64,000 nt of DNA, taken from the NCBI GenBank assembly GCA_964247055.1, contig OZ176058.1:4898001-4962000 (forward strand). Reading direction: 5' to 3'. Source of the stretch: Paragordius varius. Its lineage: Eukaryota > Animalia > Nematomorpha. The notes beneath the pieces are model-generated. The model was not told the DNA's origin. It made no database searches and saw only the letters and a list, made by a program, of their open reading frames with translations. The number at the start of each line of letters is the position of its first letter. Positions within the stretch are counted from its first letter, which is position 1. This document shows, in pieces, positions 1 to 14,800 of the stretch. The translations under genes and the position numbers were made by a program.

Positions 1-39
1 GTAAATATTTATCAACATGACATTTAAATATTACAAATT

Positions 40-1030
40 AAACCACTTTTTCTATTTATATTAATGTTTGATGTGATTTAACACTTGAATATAACACATT
101 ATTTCAGTCGTTTGATTCAAATTGGTATAGTTGGATACCCCAGGCCTGTTTAAATTTAAATATTACAAAAAATATGAAATTAATTAAACCTATGGCAAAC
201 ATAAGCAATTTTATAACATTAAACCAAAATATATGAAAAAAGTTATTAAAAACTTTGTTTTTACTTTATTTTAGATAAAACCTCAAGAAGAAGATTTAGC
301 CAAAGTGACATATTTCCATTGACTAAATTTATAAATACAAAAACCATCTTTTCTGTTTCTATCAATGTTATATGTAATTTAAATTGAGAAATAGCTTTCA
401 TATAAGGTTATTATCAAATAAACACGATATATTTTGCAAAAATATTGTAAAAAAATGGCAAATTAGTTCAATATAAAACTTTTTTTCAAAACCAAATCTT
501 ATTTAGATATTTCGGCTTATTTATATAAATTATTTAAAAAAAACATAAATTTTAATTAAGACCGTTTCTTTCATTTATTTTTATAAAAAAATCAATTTAA
601 TTGTCTGATACCCCAATTTGAATTAAAGTGTTAACAACACAAAGTTGAATGATTTTAAGGATAGTAACTTAAACAAATTTTAAATAGATAATTTTTTTGT
701 CATTAGGATAAATACAACGTGTTTTGACTTTACTTAGCGTTAATTTTTATTTTTCATATTTTATAGATTCACATCCAATATTTGAAAAATCAGCTAAAAT
801 TTAGCTTAAAAATTAAATAAAAATTTATTGCAAAATGAAATAAAAATGGCGTCGTTGATATTTTTTTCAAAATTAAATTTATTAGCAATTTTGGATTATT
901 CACATAATTTTTATTGTAATAAAAGCAAATATTTAAATTAGGATCGTTTTTTTAGTGGTTTTTCAAAAAACTTGAATATAGCCCCAAAATTTAGATACCA
1001 CAATTGGAAACGAACTATTTAACAACTTTT
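40..1030 (+). repeat. Partial copies of a ~300-400 bp dispersed repeat (family C)
   Basis: The motifs 'cttttctgtttctatcaatgtt...gatattttgcaaaaat...gataccccaatt' are shared with 24670-24980 (+) and 59320-59620 (-). Confidence 0.55.
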
Positions 1031-1469
1031 TGATGTCATTTCGGCAACTTAAAAACACTTTCGAAGCTATATTATATTTAATTAATGTTTGATACTATAT
1101 AATATTACAGTCATTTAATGGCAACCCATTCAAATGAATGATGATGATATATTTATTGATAATTTTTAAATTAATTATAATTATACTATAAGATGTAAAA
1201 TTTTACAATATTTTTATGGAGATAAACTTATGTTTTCATTATTATCCTTGTAGTTATAAGTATTCATAAAGTATTTGATTTCTGCATTTTTCGATGAAAA
1301 ATATTCATTCAATAGCGACATGGGCGCTTTGCAATAAATCATTTAACTTATATATTTGAAGTAAATTTATTTACAAAATATATATAATAATATATATAGG
1401 TAAAATTAAAAAGTTTTATAATTTTTATAACCAATTAATTAATTTCTTTGTAACGCATTTTCTTTATGC

Positions 1470-3062
1470 ATGAATGATGATTCGGACACCAGTGATGAGG
1501 ACTATGTTCCCAAAATCAAAACGGTTGAAAAGTATTGTTTTGTTTTATAATGATAGGAAAAATTCTGAAACCAAAATATTGCCTGATAAAAATATAAAAT
1601 CTGATGTTTGGAAAAAATTTACCGAATTAAATGGGTAAGTAAATTATGGATTCTAAATTTTTCAAATTTTATTTATCTCCAGTTTTTAAAAGAAATATTA
1701 AGTTTAAGACCAAAACTCTATAAAATACGTTTCTTAATACCCTAATTTTATCTTACTTATAGAATGCTAAATTTTTTACCAATTTGCATTTCAAATACTT
1801 ATTTCCCCTCCAAATTATAAATAAAATAAATAACTGTCATTGTCTATGTAATTTTATAGATTCCTGTGCATATCCTTTTTTTTACCTCAAACGATAAGTT
1901 TTAATTTAAAAATTCAAGTTTTTCCAAATATACAATTATTTCACTTTGTTGATCTTTTCTCTCATTTATTCCTTTATGTTTTATAATTAAAATAATTCAG
2001 ACAACACGTAATAACTTTATGACAAATAAATTATAAATACAACCATACCTTACCATACTTTACGAATCTTATTTTTTTAATCGTTTTGGCTTGCTGAACG
2101 GAAAATAGAAATGTAAATTGGTAATGCACTCAATAGATAACTCAAAATGGTATTTAATACTTTATAGGAGGGAATAAATTTTTAAAAGTATGGTTTTCTT
2201 TTGAAATAATATATAACTAGTTTTTATTTGTCTTTTAATTTAGTAACCCAGAACGATTAAAATACTTATAAATAAATGTTTTTAGTATTCTTTATACATT
2301 TTTTACAGTAAACATCAAAATTATACAGGCTAAAAATGTTTAATTTTAAAAGACAACCATACTTTTATAAGATTGTTTTAAATTGCAAAGTATGAAATTG
2401 ATATGTATATTTACGCAATCAATTATAATTTTATTATTGTAATTAAAAATTACGGTTTATAAAAGTATGGTTGCCTTTTAGAAAAAAATATTTGATTTAT
2501 ATTTTTATGTTTTGTCCGTATAATATCAGTGCTTACTGTACTTTTATTTTTTAGCAACCTCAAAAATTTTAATATAAAGTTTTTGTCTTTTAGTTTTTAA
2601 ATATTACTTCTACATAATTTCAATTTTTTGCTTTTTATTAGACAAGACCTAAAAAATCCGGAAGACAACGAAAAAGTTCTTAGGGATCAACAACCTAAAC
2701 CCAATTCTAGTAAAAGGAAAAAATGTGATGATGGTAATACTTTATTTGCCAATAATAATCAGCATAAAAATAGCTGCCTTTCTTCATCAAAATCATCAAG
2801 CAATATTTTATTACAGAATTTTGGCAACTCCTGCTGTACGACAAAGAAAAAAACGTCAACAGTGCTAAGTATGACACAATCGAGTTGGTCTCACCTACAA
2901 AATAATATTGAGTCAATTGAGGGCATAAATAAGCAAGAGTTTTCGAATGATCTGGAAAGATTTATTAAAAGTAAGGGCAGTGCCGTTGGTCAACTTGAAT
3001 TTTTAGCCAAGGTTGATAGACTTAGTCATCAAGCTGACCTTAGAGCAAAACGAAAATTGTGA
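1470..3062 (+). CDS. CFDP1: Craniofacial development protein 1 / Swc5-like, BCNT-C domain, left-arm copy, ~186 aa
   Basis: Exons 1470-1531, 1557-1634 and 2642-3062 join in frame with GT-AG introns (intron 1 is 25 nt). The N-terminus MNDDSDTSDEDYVP matches the acidic DEDYVP motif. The C-terminus KKTSTVLSMTQSSW...GQLEFLAKVDRLSHQADLR resembles BCNT-C (KxSTLEKSxLDW...FLDRVD). Family assigned from recalled motifs. Confidence 0.85.
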
Positions 3063-4760
3063 TTGATAAATAAATTATATTAAGTTTTTTAAAAGAAAAA
3101 AATTGTTATATAACAGTAAAAATGTATAGAAAGACAAAACAGAAAAAGTAAGTTTGAAACGATATTGAGTCAATTGAATGGGTTAACAAACAAAAGTTAT
3201 CATATGGTTAAAATTAGCAAAAAGTTATCGAATGATCTCGAAAGATTTACTAAAATAAACGCAGTGCGGTTGGCTAACTTCAATTTTTAGCCAGAGTTGA
3301 TACACTATGTCATCAAGCCGACCTTAGAGCAAAACGAAAATTGTGATAAATAAATTTACTATATTAAGTTTTAAAAGAAAGTTTATGAAGCCCAGTAAAA
3401 ATTATAAAAAGACAAAACAGAAAAAATAAGTATAAAACATATTGAGTCAATGGTGAAGGGGTTAACACATAAAAGTTATCATATGATTAAAAGCAAAGAA
3501 TTATCTAATGATCTGGAATGATTTACTAAAATAAATGAAAATTGGTCAATTTCAATTTTTAGCCAAGGTTGATACACTTAGCCATCAAGCCGACCTTAGA
3601 ACAAAACGAAAATTGTGACAAATAAATATATGAATTATATATATCTTAAAAGTAAAAATATAGTTAAATAACTTAGTAAAACTTTATTTAAAGACAAAAC
3701 AGAAAAAATTTTATACAGCACAATTTTGAGGGTTTTAACAAACAAAAGTTATCATATGATTATAAGTAGCAAAGAGTTTTTGAATGATCTGAAAAGATTT
3801 AATAAAAGTAAGGGCAGTACGGTTGGTCATCTTCAATTTTAAGCCAAGGTTGATAGACTTAGTCATCAAGCACTTAGAACAAAACGAAAATTGTGACAGA
3901 TAAATAAATTAAAATCATAATGCGTTTTAAATGAGAAAAATTTAGGTTTTTGAAATGTATTAAATATTATATTATAATACAAAACAGAAAAAGTAAAGTT
4001 TTGTTAACACTTATCGATTGGAGGGTTTAATACACAAGATTTATCATGATTATAAGTAGCAAGCTATCGAAAGATCTGAAAAGATTTACGAAAAGTAAGG
4101 GGAGTGCCGTCGGTCAAATTTTATTTTTGGCAAGAGTGGATGCGCTATATAACATAAGGCACTTGGAGCAAAACGAAAATTGTGACAAATACATGAATTA
4201 TAATGAGTCTTAAAAGATATAGGTTAAGGCGTTTAAAATGCAGTAAAAATATTACATGACAAAACAGAAATTGACTAAAACTTAGGATGCGGTTATTTTT
4301 TAGCCAAAGTTACTGGTTATCAAGCCGACCTTAGAACAAAACGAAAATTGTGATTATAAATAAATTGTAATCGGTAAAAGTAAAAGTGTTTATAAAGACA
4401 AAACAGAAAAAGTATTTTTAAAACAACACATTTTCATTTGGCATTAACAAACAAAAGTTATCATATGACTAAAAGCGAAGAGTTATCGAATGATCTGAAA
4501 TTATTAAAATAAACACAGTGCAGTTGGTCAAATTTTATTTTTGGCAAGAGTTAATGCGCTTAAAACATAAGGCTGATCTTAGAACAAAACGAAAATTGTA
4601 ATATAATTAAATTCTATATATTTTTTAAAGATGCTATATAACCCAGTAAAAGTTTATAAAAAGACAAAGCAGAAAAAGGAACCTTATGTTTTTTGAATAA
4701 AAGAAAGGATTAATAAACACGAGATATCCTATGATTGAAGGGATTAACCATTAGAGTTAT
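3063..4760 (+). repeat. Tandem array of ~170-290 bp units, each an echo of the CFDP1 last-exon 3' end and stop
   Basis: The motif 'cttagarcaaaacgaaaattgtga' recurs ending near 3346, 3618, 3896, 4185, 4353 and ~4600, becoming more degenerate with distance. Confidence 0.9.
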
Positions 4761-5088
4761 CGAATGTTTGGGATACAACCTCTTTATTTGTTCAAAAAAA
4801 TCATCGTTTGGCATTATCGAGAATTAAATTAGCAAAGGTTCTAATGATTAAAATTGTAATTAAAACATTTTTCTGAGATATATCGAGTTAATAAATTATA
4901 TTGTTGTCTTGAAAAACATTCTTTAATTTACACTTTGTCCCTATAATTTCAAATTTTATAAAAAATAAAAACTCTAGAAATAAAATAATTTCAAATACCA
5001 TTTATTACATTAATATAAATCATAGAAATCTATTACATATAATTTTAACATAACATAAAAACTCTATATCATTTCATAAAGTAAAATC

Positions 5089-8000
5089 TTAATTCAATTT
5101 TGTGTTTGAATTCGGATTTTTTTTCCTCCTAAAAACTTTTTGATTCATTCTTCTTCGCCCATTTTTGTGGGCAAGTTTGCCTTTTTTTATATTGTTTCTT
5201 CTTTTAGGTTTATTTGGTTTAAAATGTCCTTGATTTAGCATTTTATTTTTATGGCGTTGACGATTGTATGGATTAACCACTATAAAATGTCGATGTTTTT
5301 TACCTTTCCCTGATGTTTTATGCTTGGGATAAATTACTGGTACAAAATCACTGTAATGAAAATATTCAAAGGGATATTCCTCGTACGAAGCAAAGTTGTT
5401 GCCAGACCTCTGAAATAACTCCTATTTTGTAAGTAAAAACTGAAATTATACGGACAAAACGTTAAAATAAAACGAAAATACTATTAAGATAAAAGGTAAA
5501 AAAGTAAGCTTATAATCATTTTACGAAGCAAAGTTGGGGCCAGGCCTCTGAAATAACTTCTATTATTATATTACAGTAAAAATATAAATTATACGGACAA
5601 AACGAAAAATATAAAAACACATGTTTTTTTTCTAAAAGACAAACATAGTTTTTAAAACATTAATTTCAAAATATTGTTTTAAGTCCACGAGCTCACAAAA
5701 AATACAGGCAGGGGAGTATGAAATATCATAATAGTTTATTAAAAACACAATGAATTCTTAATTCAATTGTAACTAAATAGCTTATGTGAGAAAAATTATT
5801 TGTCAGTAAAAATATATATTAAGTCAAAATTGGATTTAGTATAAAGATAAAGTAAATATTTAATTATATAAAAATAAAACCTAATCGAAATTACACGGAC
5901 AATACTTAAAATAAAACGAATATACTCTAAAGATAAAAGGTAAAAAAGCAAGTAAAATAACTCCTGTTTTGTACATTATATATTACAGTAAAAATTAAAA
6001 TTAGCATAAAGGTATAGTATAAAATGTATAAAGATACTGTAAACTGAAATTATACGGACAAAAAGTTAAAATATACGAACAAATTTTTTTTTCAAGACAT
6101 CCATACTTTTATAAACCTTAATTTTTCTATAATATAATTACAATTATAAAATATATAATTGATTGTGTCACCAATATACATATCAAATTTTCTTTACAAT
6201 TTAAAACAATGAGTTAATTTTTAAAATGAAGTTTAAAAAAGTAGGGATGTCTTTATAGTTTTAGGTTTTGTCTGTATAATTCCAATTTTTACTGTAAAAC
6301 ATAAAAATTAAGTCAACCATACTTTTTGAAAACATATGTTTTAAATTCGTGTTGAAAACAAGTGTATAAGGATGATGATTTTACACCCTTCATATATACA
6401 GTAAAAATTGAAACTTTACGGACAAAACGTAAAAATATAAAGACAAATATTTTTCCAAAAAGACAACCTACTTTTTAAAATTAATTTTTTAAATATAACT
6501 CATTGTTTTAAACTACAAAATATAATATAAAAATGTAAATTGTTAACACATTCAATTATGTATTATACGATTGTAATATAAGGTTTAAAAAATGGTTGTC
6601 CTTTTCTTTTGTAAAAAAATATTGTCTAGTTTATTTTTACATTTTGTCTGTATAATTTCAATTTTTACTGTATATTTGAAAATTGTAATTTTAAAGTTTA
6701 TCTAGGCATCATAAATCCTAAACATTTTCCCCAAAAGCGAATACAACTCATTGGTGAGTGCGAGATGAGTTATAGACGGATAGGTTAGTAAAAAAGTTAA
6801 TATATAATAAAACATTGCGACATATCTTATGTAAGAAATAGCAATTTTTATGGATGTCTTTTGAAAAAAAATTGTGTTAATTTTAAAATTATGTCTGTAT
6901 AATTTTATTTTTCACGGTTAAAAAAATGTCATGCATCCTTTATTTTATCAAAAATTTATTTTCTTTCGTTAAATGGGTAGGTATAAATATTTGGTAAAGA
7001 ATGGAAAACAAGAGCTATACTTATAGTATTAACAATCATATTCATTAAATAAGTTTAAGTATTACGATAGGGCTCTTGTATTTTCCATTTTTTACCAAAT
7101 AAATATTTATACCCTTTAATGAAAAAAAACAATTTTTTAGATAAACGGATACATGACTGTAATTCAATACGCAACTATATAAATTTATATTTTTCTTTCA
7201 TAAACTATATAATAAGATTTAAAAACTGAATTATATTTAAAATAGAGGGGTTAAAGATATGGTTGACATCTTTCCAAAAAATTTGCCTATAAGTTTTAAA
7301 TTATTTTGACTTTTAAAACGTAAAAATTCCATATAATTTTTAATAAAACAGTTAAGCTTGCTTGATTTATATATAACCGAACGGATTACATTTATAAAAT
7401 ATATATTTGAAAGTAAATTACGCCCTCTTGAATCATAAAAGGCTATGTTTCAAAAAGTATGGTTGTTTTTTTAAAAAAAATTTTGTCCGTTGGTTTTATT
7501 TGTATGTATAATTTTAATTTGTACTGTACTGATATTTTTTAATAAGACTACTTATTTCTTTATATAACCCAAAATATTGCTATCATGAATATATGATTGA
7601 AAGCTTAATTAAAATCTATTTTGCGACAAGGTAGCCAGGTTACATAAAGAGATTAGGATATTAGAAAGTATGATAATTGATATTATACAAACAAAACATA
7701 AAAATAAAAAGACAAATTTTTAAAAGACAACCATACTTTTTAAATCTTGATTTTTTTAAATATGGCTCATTATTAATCTGTAATGTATCAAAAACATATG
7801 GAAATAGGAAACTTCATCAATTTTATATTTTACAGTAGTAGGTACATATTATTAGTATTAAAGTTTTAAAAAAATATGGTTGTCTTTTTAAAAAAAATAT
7901 TTGTCCATGTTTTACGCTTTGTCCGTAAATTTTTATGTTTACTGTATGTCTGTCCTTTTAGTAAAAAGAAATTCGTCCGTTTGTTATTTTGACTATACTA

Positions 8001-8673
8001 TATAAATTTGATTTTTTTTGTAAAAACAGTCATATTTTTCAGTTTTATATACCTAGGTGATCTCTATTTTATATCTCAAATATAAATTAAGGTTTTTAAA
8101 AATATATGTTGCAAAAAAAATTTTATTAGTAAAACTTTAATTTTTACTGTATAAATATTTTACTGTCATGTATCCTTTATTTTATTTGAAATATATTTTT
8201 TTTCGTTAAATTTGTATAAATACTTGGTAAAGAATGTAAAAAAAACAAGAGCTTTATGGTAATTTTTTCTACTTTTTTGATGAATATGATATATTGTTGT
8301 TACCAGAAAGCTTTTGTTTTTTCCATTCTTTACCAAAAATTTGAACCCACCCATTTAACGAAAAAAAATAAATTTTTGATAAAATACAAAGGATACATGA
8401 CTGTATTCATTTTACTGTATTTTCGGCATTTATCGGTCGTCCCCCTTGTTCAGGGTAAAAAGAATTATCATTATAAACATCAAATTGGTCAAATGTTTGA
8501 GGATTTCGTGCTGAATTTCTCCATTTTTTTCGTCGCAATAAATTTGAATTAATTTTCTTTTTTCCCAAAGCTGATGATTGGCTTTTCACAATTCCATGAT
8601 TTTTAATCGAAATTGTAAAAGTAATATGCAGAATGATAAATATAGATTTACATGTCTTTAATACAGTAGTCAT
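5089..8673 (-). CDS. Orphan two-exon gene, putative secreted basic protein, left-arm copy, ~196 aa
   Basis: Exon 1 (8673-8416, MTTVLKTCKSIFIILHITFTISIK...INAENT) and exon 2 (5421-5089, ELFQRSGNNFASYEEYPF...) join in phase 0 via GT-AG. The reading frame is conserved in the right-arm copy. No family recognised. Confidence 0.6.
5422..6000 (-). repeat. Echoes of the orphan gene exon-2 acceptor and first codons (left arm)
   Basis: Copies of 'tag|gagttatttcagagg...ttgcttcgta' near 5520-5560 and 5955-5975, each preceded by a MITE-A terminus. Confidence 0.7.
6399..6670. mobile_element. MITE family A (representative copy), Tc1/mariner-type, TA-flanked
   Basis: Structure TA|CAGTAAAAATTGAAA...GGACAAAACG ... 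TTTTGTCTGTATAATTTCAATTTTTACTG|TA with ~80 bp TIRs. Dozens of whole or partial copies occur across the window. Confidence 0.85.
6927..7159. mobile_element. MITE family B, near-palindromic
   Basis: The end GGATACATGACTG|TA and the internal fold-back match 8163-8403. The left end is degenerate. Confidence 0.7.
8163..8403. mobile_element. MITE family B (TIR CAGTCATGTATCC, TA-flanked)
   Basis: TA|CTGTCATGTATCC ... GGATACATGACTG|TA, almost fully self-complementary. Confidence 0.8.
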
Positions 8674-10237
8674 GGTTGATTTTATAACATATATTTAAAT
8701 AGTTATTAAATATAACCAACAATCATTTTTATTTAAATTATTAACATAATATCTAAAAATTTTCAATTCGATAAAAAATGCCGTCAATTTATGTAAAGTA
8801 TAAACTCTAAAATATAATACAGTAAAATTTGAAATTATACGGACAAAACTCAAAAATATAAAGACAAATATTTTTTTCTAAAAGACAACATTCATACTTT
8901 TTTAAACTTCATTTATAAAAAAAATTGATATCTATATTGGTGACACAACCAATTATATAGATTATAATTATATAATTTATCTAAGGTTCATAAAAGTATG
9001 GTTGTCTTTTAGGAAAAAATATTCTTTATATACGTTTTGTCTGTATAATTTCAGTTTTTACTGTATTTACTCACTGGTAAAAAATGCCGTAAATTTATGT
9101 AAAGTATAAAAACTAAAATATAATACAGTAAAATTTGAAATTATACTATGGACAAAACCTAAAATTATAAAGACAAATATTTTTTCTAAAAGACAATATT
9201 CATACTTTTTTTAACATTCTTTTTAAAAATATATATCATTGTTTTAAATTTTAAATTATAAAATATATATATGTATATTGGTGACACAATCAATTATATA
9301 TTTTTTAATTAAAATAAAATTTGAAAACTAATGTTTATAAAAGTATGGTTGGTTCTGTTTTAGAAAATAATTTGTCCGTATAATTTCAGTTTTTACTGTA
9401 TATTTCTCCTATAAAATTTTGATATTTTTAACGCAAACCCATCGTTTTAAGTCACGAAATTAAAATAAAATATACCCTTAAAATTTCAAAACTAATATTT
9501 TTTTAAGAAAACCATAATATGGTTGCCCGTTTTAGATTTTGTCTTACTTGCTGTTTTTTATATTTTTAAAGCAGTATCAATTTGGTTTAAAAATTGAAAT
9601 TTACAGACAAAACTTAAATCATTAAGTAAAAGGAAAAAAATTTAGAGTAAAAATTGAAATTTTACGGACTAAATCTAAAATATAAAGACAAATATTGTTT
9701 TCGAAAAGACAACCATAATTTTAAAATCTTAATTATTTTAATAATACTCATTGTTTTGAACTGATTATGAAATAAAGATGTTAATTTGTAAAACAATCAA
9801 TTATTAAAGTTGAAATTAAACAATTATTATAGGATAAATCAAGGTTTTATAAAGTATGGCTGTCTTTTGAAAAAATTGTTTTTATATTTTTACGTTTTGT
9901 CCGTATATTTCAATTTTTATTGTATGTTTCAAGAGACAACCATACTTTTTTGCGCCTTAATTATATTAATTAGTAATATTTGTATATAATTGTTTGCATT
10001 TAAAACAATGAGTTATACTTGAAAAAAAAATCAAAAGTACGGGAGTCTTTCAAAAAATATTATCGTATAGTTTTGCGTTTTGAGTGTATAATTTAAATTT
10101 CAAACTATTTTAAGTAAAATAGTTATATTTTATTAAACTTTGATATTTATTAAGTGAGGACATATCGTTTTAGGTCAAGAATTATAGTGAATATTAAATT
10201 ATTCAAGTAATAAAAACTCAAAAACAAAAAGAACATA

Positions 10238-10505
10238 CAGTAAAAACTGAAATTATACGGACAAATATTTTTTTCTAAAAGACAATCATACTTTTATGAT
10301 CTTTAATTTTTCTCATATAAATTATATAATTACAATTATAAAATATATAATTGATTGTGTTACCAATATACATATCAATTTTATACTTACAATATAAAAC
10401 AATGATTTATATTTTTAAAAATAAAGTTTAAAAAAGTTGGTTGTCTTTTCATAAAAAATATTTGTCTTAATCTAGGTTTTGTCCGCATAATTTCAAATTT
10501 TACTG
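10238..10505. mobile_element. MITE family A copy
   Basis: TA|CAGTAAAAACTGAAATTATACGG ... ATAATTTCAAATTTTACTG|TA. Confidence 0.8.
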
Positions 10506-11869
10506 TACTTATGTTATTGTGCCCGAAAATTTAATCTTTTACTTATTAATATTTTGTTTTTATAATATATTGTCCATCATTTTGTTCGTTGTATGGGAAT
10601 TGGTTATAATCGCCAGTTACCGCTTTATCGATTGTGTGGGTATTTTACAGTAAAAATTATAATTAAAATTATAATATGGACAAAACGTAAAAATATACAG
10701 ACAAATATTTTTTTCTAAAAGATAACCATATTTTTTAATTCGTGTTTTTTCTTTAAATATAACAAATTGTTTTAAACTGCAAACTATAATATAGAGTAAT
10801 TAATAAAAAATTATGTATTTTACGATTGTAATTAAATAATTTTTTTATAAGATAAATTAAGATTTAAAAAAGTATGGTGGTTGTCTTTTGAAAAAATTGT
10901 CTTTATATTTTTACTTTTGTCCATAGTATAATTTCAATTTTTACTGTAATAAAGCATAAGAAGTGTTTGTAAAAGTCGGACTTTACACCTTAAATCTCAG
11001 AAAATTATATGAAAATATAATATAAATTTCCAAAGACAACCTTATGTAATTTTTCCAAATATCAATTAATTAATTTACAATATATATAATTGATTGTTCA
11101 ATTTACATTTCAATTTAATACCAATTAAAACGATTGATTATAATTAAAAAACAAGTGATATTTTTCATAATCACAAAAAATTATTAATTAGTAAGAAAAT
11201 TTATAATTTTATAATACAGTAGCGTATGGCTATAAAACAAATTAGTCCATAAAAGAATAAAAAAAAACATGGGGTTATTATGGATATGTGTATATAAAAC
11301 TAGGCTTGTTTTGAAAAAATTTTATTTATATAATTATGGACTAATAATGTTTTATGCTATATAGATAAACCAAATTAGTTTCAACTTTTTATGTTCTGTC
11401 TTTATAATTTTAAATATTACTGTAAAAAATAAAAGTGTACGGACAAAACGTTAATAAAGGCAAATATTTTTTCTAAAAGACAACCATATTTTTGAATTCT
11501 CGATTTTCGATATAACTCTTTCTTTTAAACAACAAAATGTGTAATAGAGATATATAAATATATATTAAAAAAATTACAATTGTAACTAATTAGCTTATAT
11601 GGGAAACATTTAAGTTTAAAAAAGTATGGTTGTCTTTTAGATAAAAATATTTGTCTTTTATATAAAATTTCACGTTTTCTCCATATAATTTTAATTTTTA
11701 CTGTATTATTGTAAAAAATGAAATGTATTTCCAATATCATAATGAATACAAAAAATGAAATGTAGTTTTCAATATACGATACAGGAATAAACTAGATATT
11801 AACATTTAAAGTTTTGTATTTATTTCTTCTTTACTGTATAACAACATCAATCAAATAAATAAGAATATA

Positions 11870-14800
11870 TTATAATTTCAAAATAATTAATGCCACGCAC
11901 AAGAGTAAAACTAAAAAAGCCAACGAGAAAATGCATAAAAGTTTGCCATAAGACGCTCTGCTATGCAAAGTGGCCGCTTTAGTTAATTCGGTTAATCCTG
12001 TGCTTATGGTTTGCGTGGAATGTTCAATACTGTAATCGATACGATCTAACGTTGTACCCTATATATGTATACAGTAAAAATTGAAATTATATTAAATTGC
12101 CGAGTTTTTATACAATAAAAATGGTAATTTTACAAAATGTAAAAGAATTTTTTTTAGATAAACCGTTAAATAAACTTGTTTTTTAAACTAGATTTTTTTA
12201 AAAATAACTCATTGTTATGAGTTGCGAAACTAGAATACATTATATATAAAGTAAAAATACGGACAAAACATAAAAATATAAGGACAAATATTTTTTAAAA
12301 AAAGACAACCATACTTTAATCTCATTTTTAGAAATATAACTCATTGTTTTAAACTGTTAAGTATAAAATAGATATTATATTGGAGACACAATCAATTATT
12401 TATGATAATTTATCTAAAAAAGATTATTTATAAAAGTATCGTTGTCGTTAAAAAAATTGTCCGTATAATTTCAGTTTATACTGTATGTAAAATAAACCCC
12501 TAAAAAATAAAATTGTGACAAAAATCTTTATTTTTATGTTTCCTATGTATAATTTAAATTTTGTGTAATTAATATTTACAAGTTAGTTTATATTTTAATT
12601 TTATTTTTTACGTTTGACAAATAGTACTGTAGTAATTTAACATTCACCCCAATAAATTCATTTAATTTTAACTGTATAATAATTGCATAAATAATATAAA
12701 TTAGCCTTAGGTATTTTTTAAGCTATATAAAGGTAAAAATATGTGCAATACGAGATGAATCTTAAATTATATTAGAGTTTTATGAAACAAAAAAATTATA
12801 TTTTAAATTTAAAATAAATTTTAAAAATAAAATTTTTACCTGATCGTGGACCAAGGTGCCTATATCCTGGAAAAGAGCATTTAAATCCTGAATAGATTGC
12901 ACAAGACTATTAATTTCATTTTCCTTGTGCCTGTAATAACTCAATTCCCCATCAATGTCAGAAAACAGTTTCTCCCTTTTTTGTAAAGATGTCTATATTA
13001 AAATAAATAATTATATTAATAAATTTTTTTTTTCAAACATAATAATAATGTTTTAATTTGGAAATTTTATAAACTATCAAAAATTGTATAAATTATATAA
13101 ATAATAAAGCTAAAAGTTAAATAATAATATTTAATTTGAAAATAATACAAGACTTTTTAATAATTGTATAAATATTAAGAATATAAAAAATTTCATAAAT
13201 AATAATGTTTTCCAAATACTACACAAATGCTCCACATAATTATATAACATCGATTGTTTAAATAATTTATATATATACTAATAATTTAAATTAATAATGT
13301 TTTAATTTAATGATCGTAATTACATTAAAAATTGAAATATACGAATAAAATGTTAAAATATAAAGACAATTTTTTTTCTAAAGACAACCAAATTTTTTAA
13401 ACCTTGATTTATTGTAGTTTAAATCAATAAATTATATTTTAAGAAAATCAAGATAAAAAGCTGGTTGTATTTTTAAAAATTATTGGTCTTTATTCACGTT
13501 TCCGTAGTTAATTTTTACTGTAATAAAAAAAAGCTTATAATTTGTTTAAATTTATATATTATATTATATTCACTAAATAATACTGTTTTAATTCAAAATT
13601 TTTAGATAAAAATTATCAAAAATTGTAAAAATTTATAAACTTATATAAAAAATGTTTAATTTAGAAATTAAAAATATTATTTTTTTAAAATTAATTACAA
13701 TAATAAAAAAAAGTTTATAACTTTTTTAATCCAAAAACTATTATATTATATTTCTTAAATATAATGTTTCAATTTGAAATTTTTTAAAATTTTAGTTAAA
13801 ATAAAAAAATATTAACAAAAATTTAGATAAGAAAAAGTTAATTTTTTTAAAATTATTCAAATATTTTCCATATAATTATAAATAAAAAAAAAGTTTATGA
13901 AATCAATTATATACTAAAAAAGTTTCAAAATAAAATGTTTTAATTTGAAACTCGTAATTATAATTTTTAAAAAAGAATCCAATATTTCGATATAAACTAT
14001 TTAAAACTAACTTTTTGAAGGTGTTCAAAATTTAAGTTTAAGGAGTTTTCATTTGATTGTTGATGGTTCATTATATCAATTTCAGACATTTTAACATTAT
14101 TATCGGTGGTGAGGTTTTGAGAATGCGACGAAGTCAATTTATTTTCCCACAAAATTTTTGTATTGATAGTTTCATCGTGTTCCTGAATAGTTTTTTATTA
14201 TTATTACAAGTAAAAATTAAAAGACAAAATAGGTAAAAATATAAAGAATATTTTTATTTCTAAAAGACAACCAACTCCATACTTTTTAATTAATATACCA
14301 TTTGCAGTTTAAATTCACCCTTGTGAACAATTCGAATTCACCCTTGAACGAACAATCAAATTCACCTTTGAACTAATTAAACTCACCCTTGAACTATTCA
14401 AACTCACTTTTAAACAATCAAATTTACCCTTGTGAACAATTTGAATTCATTTGAACTATTTAAATTCACCTTTGAACTATTAAACATCACCCTTGAACAA
14501 TTCAAATTAACCCTTGAACAATCATATTCACCCTTAACAATTCAAAATGACCCTCGAAACAATTTAAATTCACCCACGAACAAATCGAATTCTGATTAAA
14601 ATTCAAAATCACCCTTGACAATACAAAACCCTCGAACATTTCGAATTCCCCCTAAATGTGTTTTGGTGATTAAAATTAACTATATTATTGTTTAATATTT
14701 TTTAAAATATGAAATTCTGTTTAAAATTCATATAATGCTGAAAAAATATGAAACTATGTCCAAAAAAAATATTTCATATTAATGATGAGTTATAATAGAT

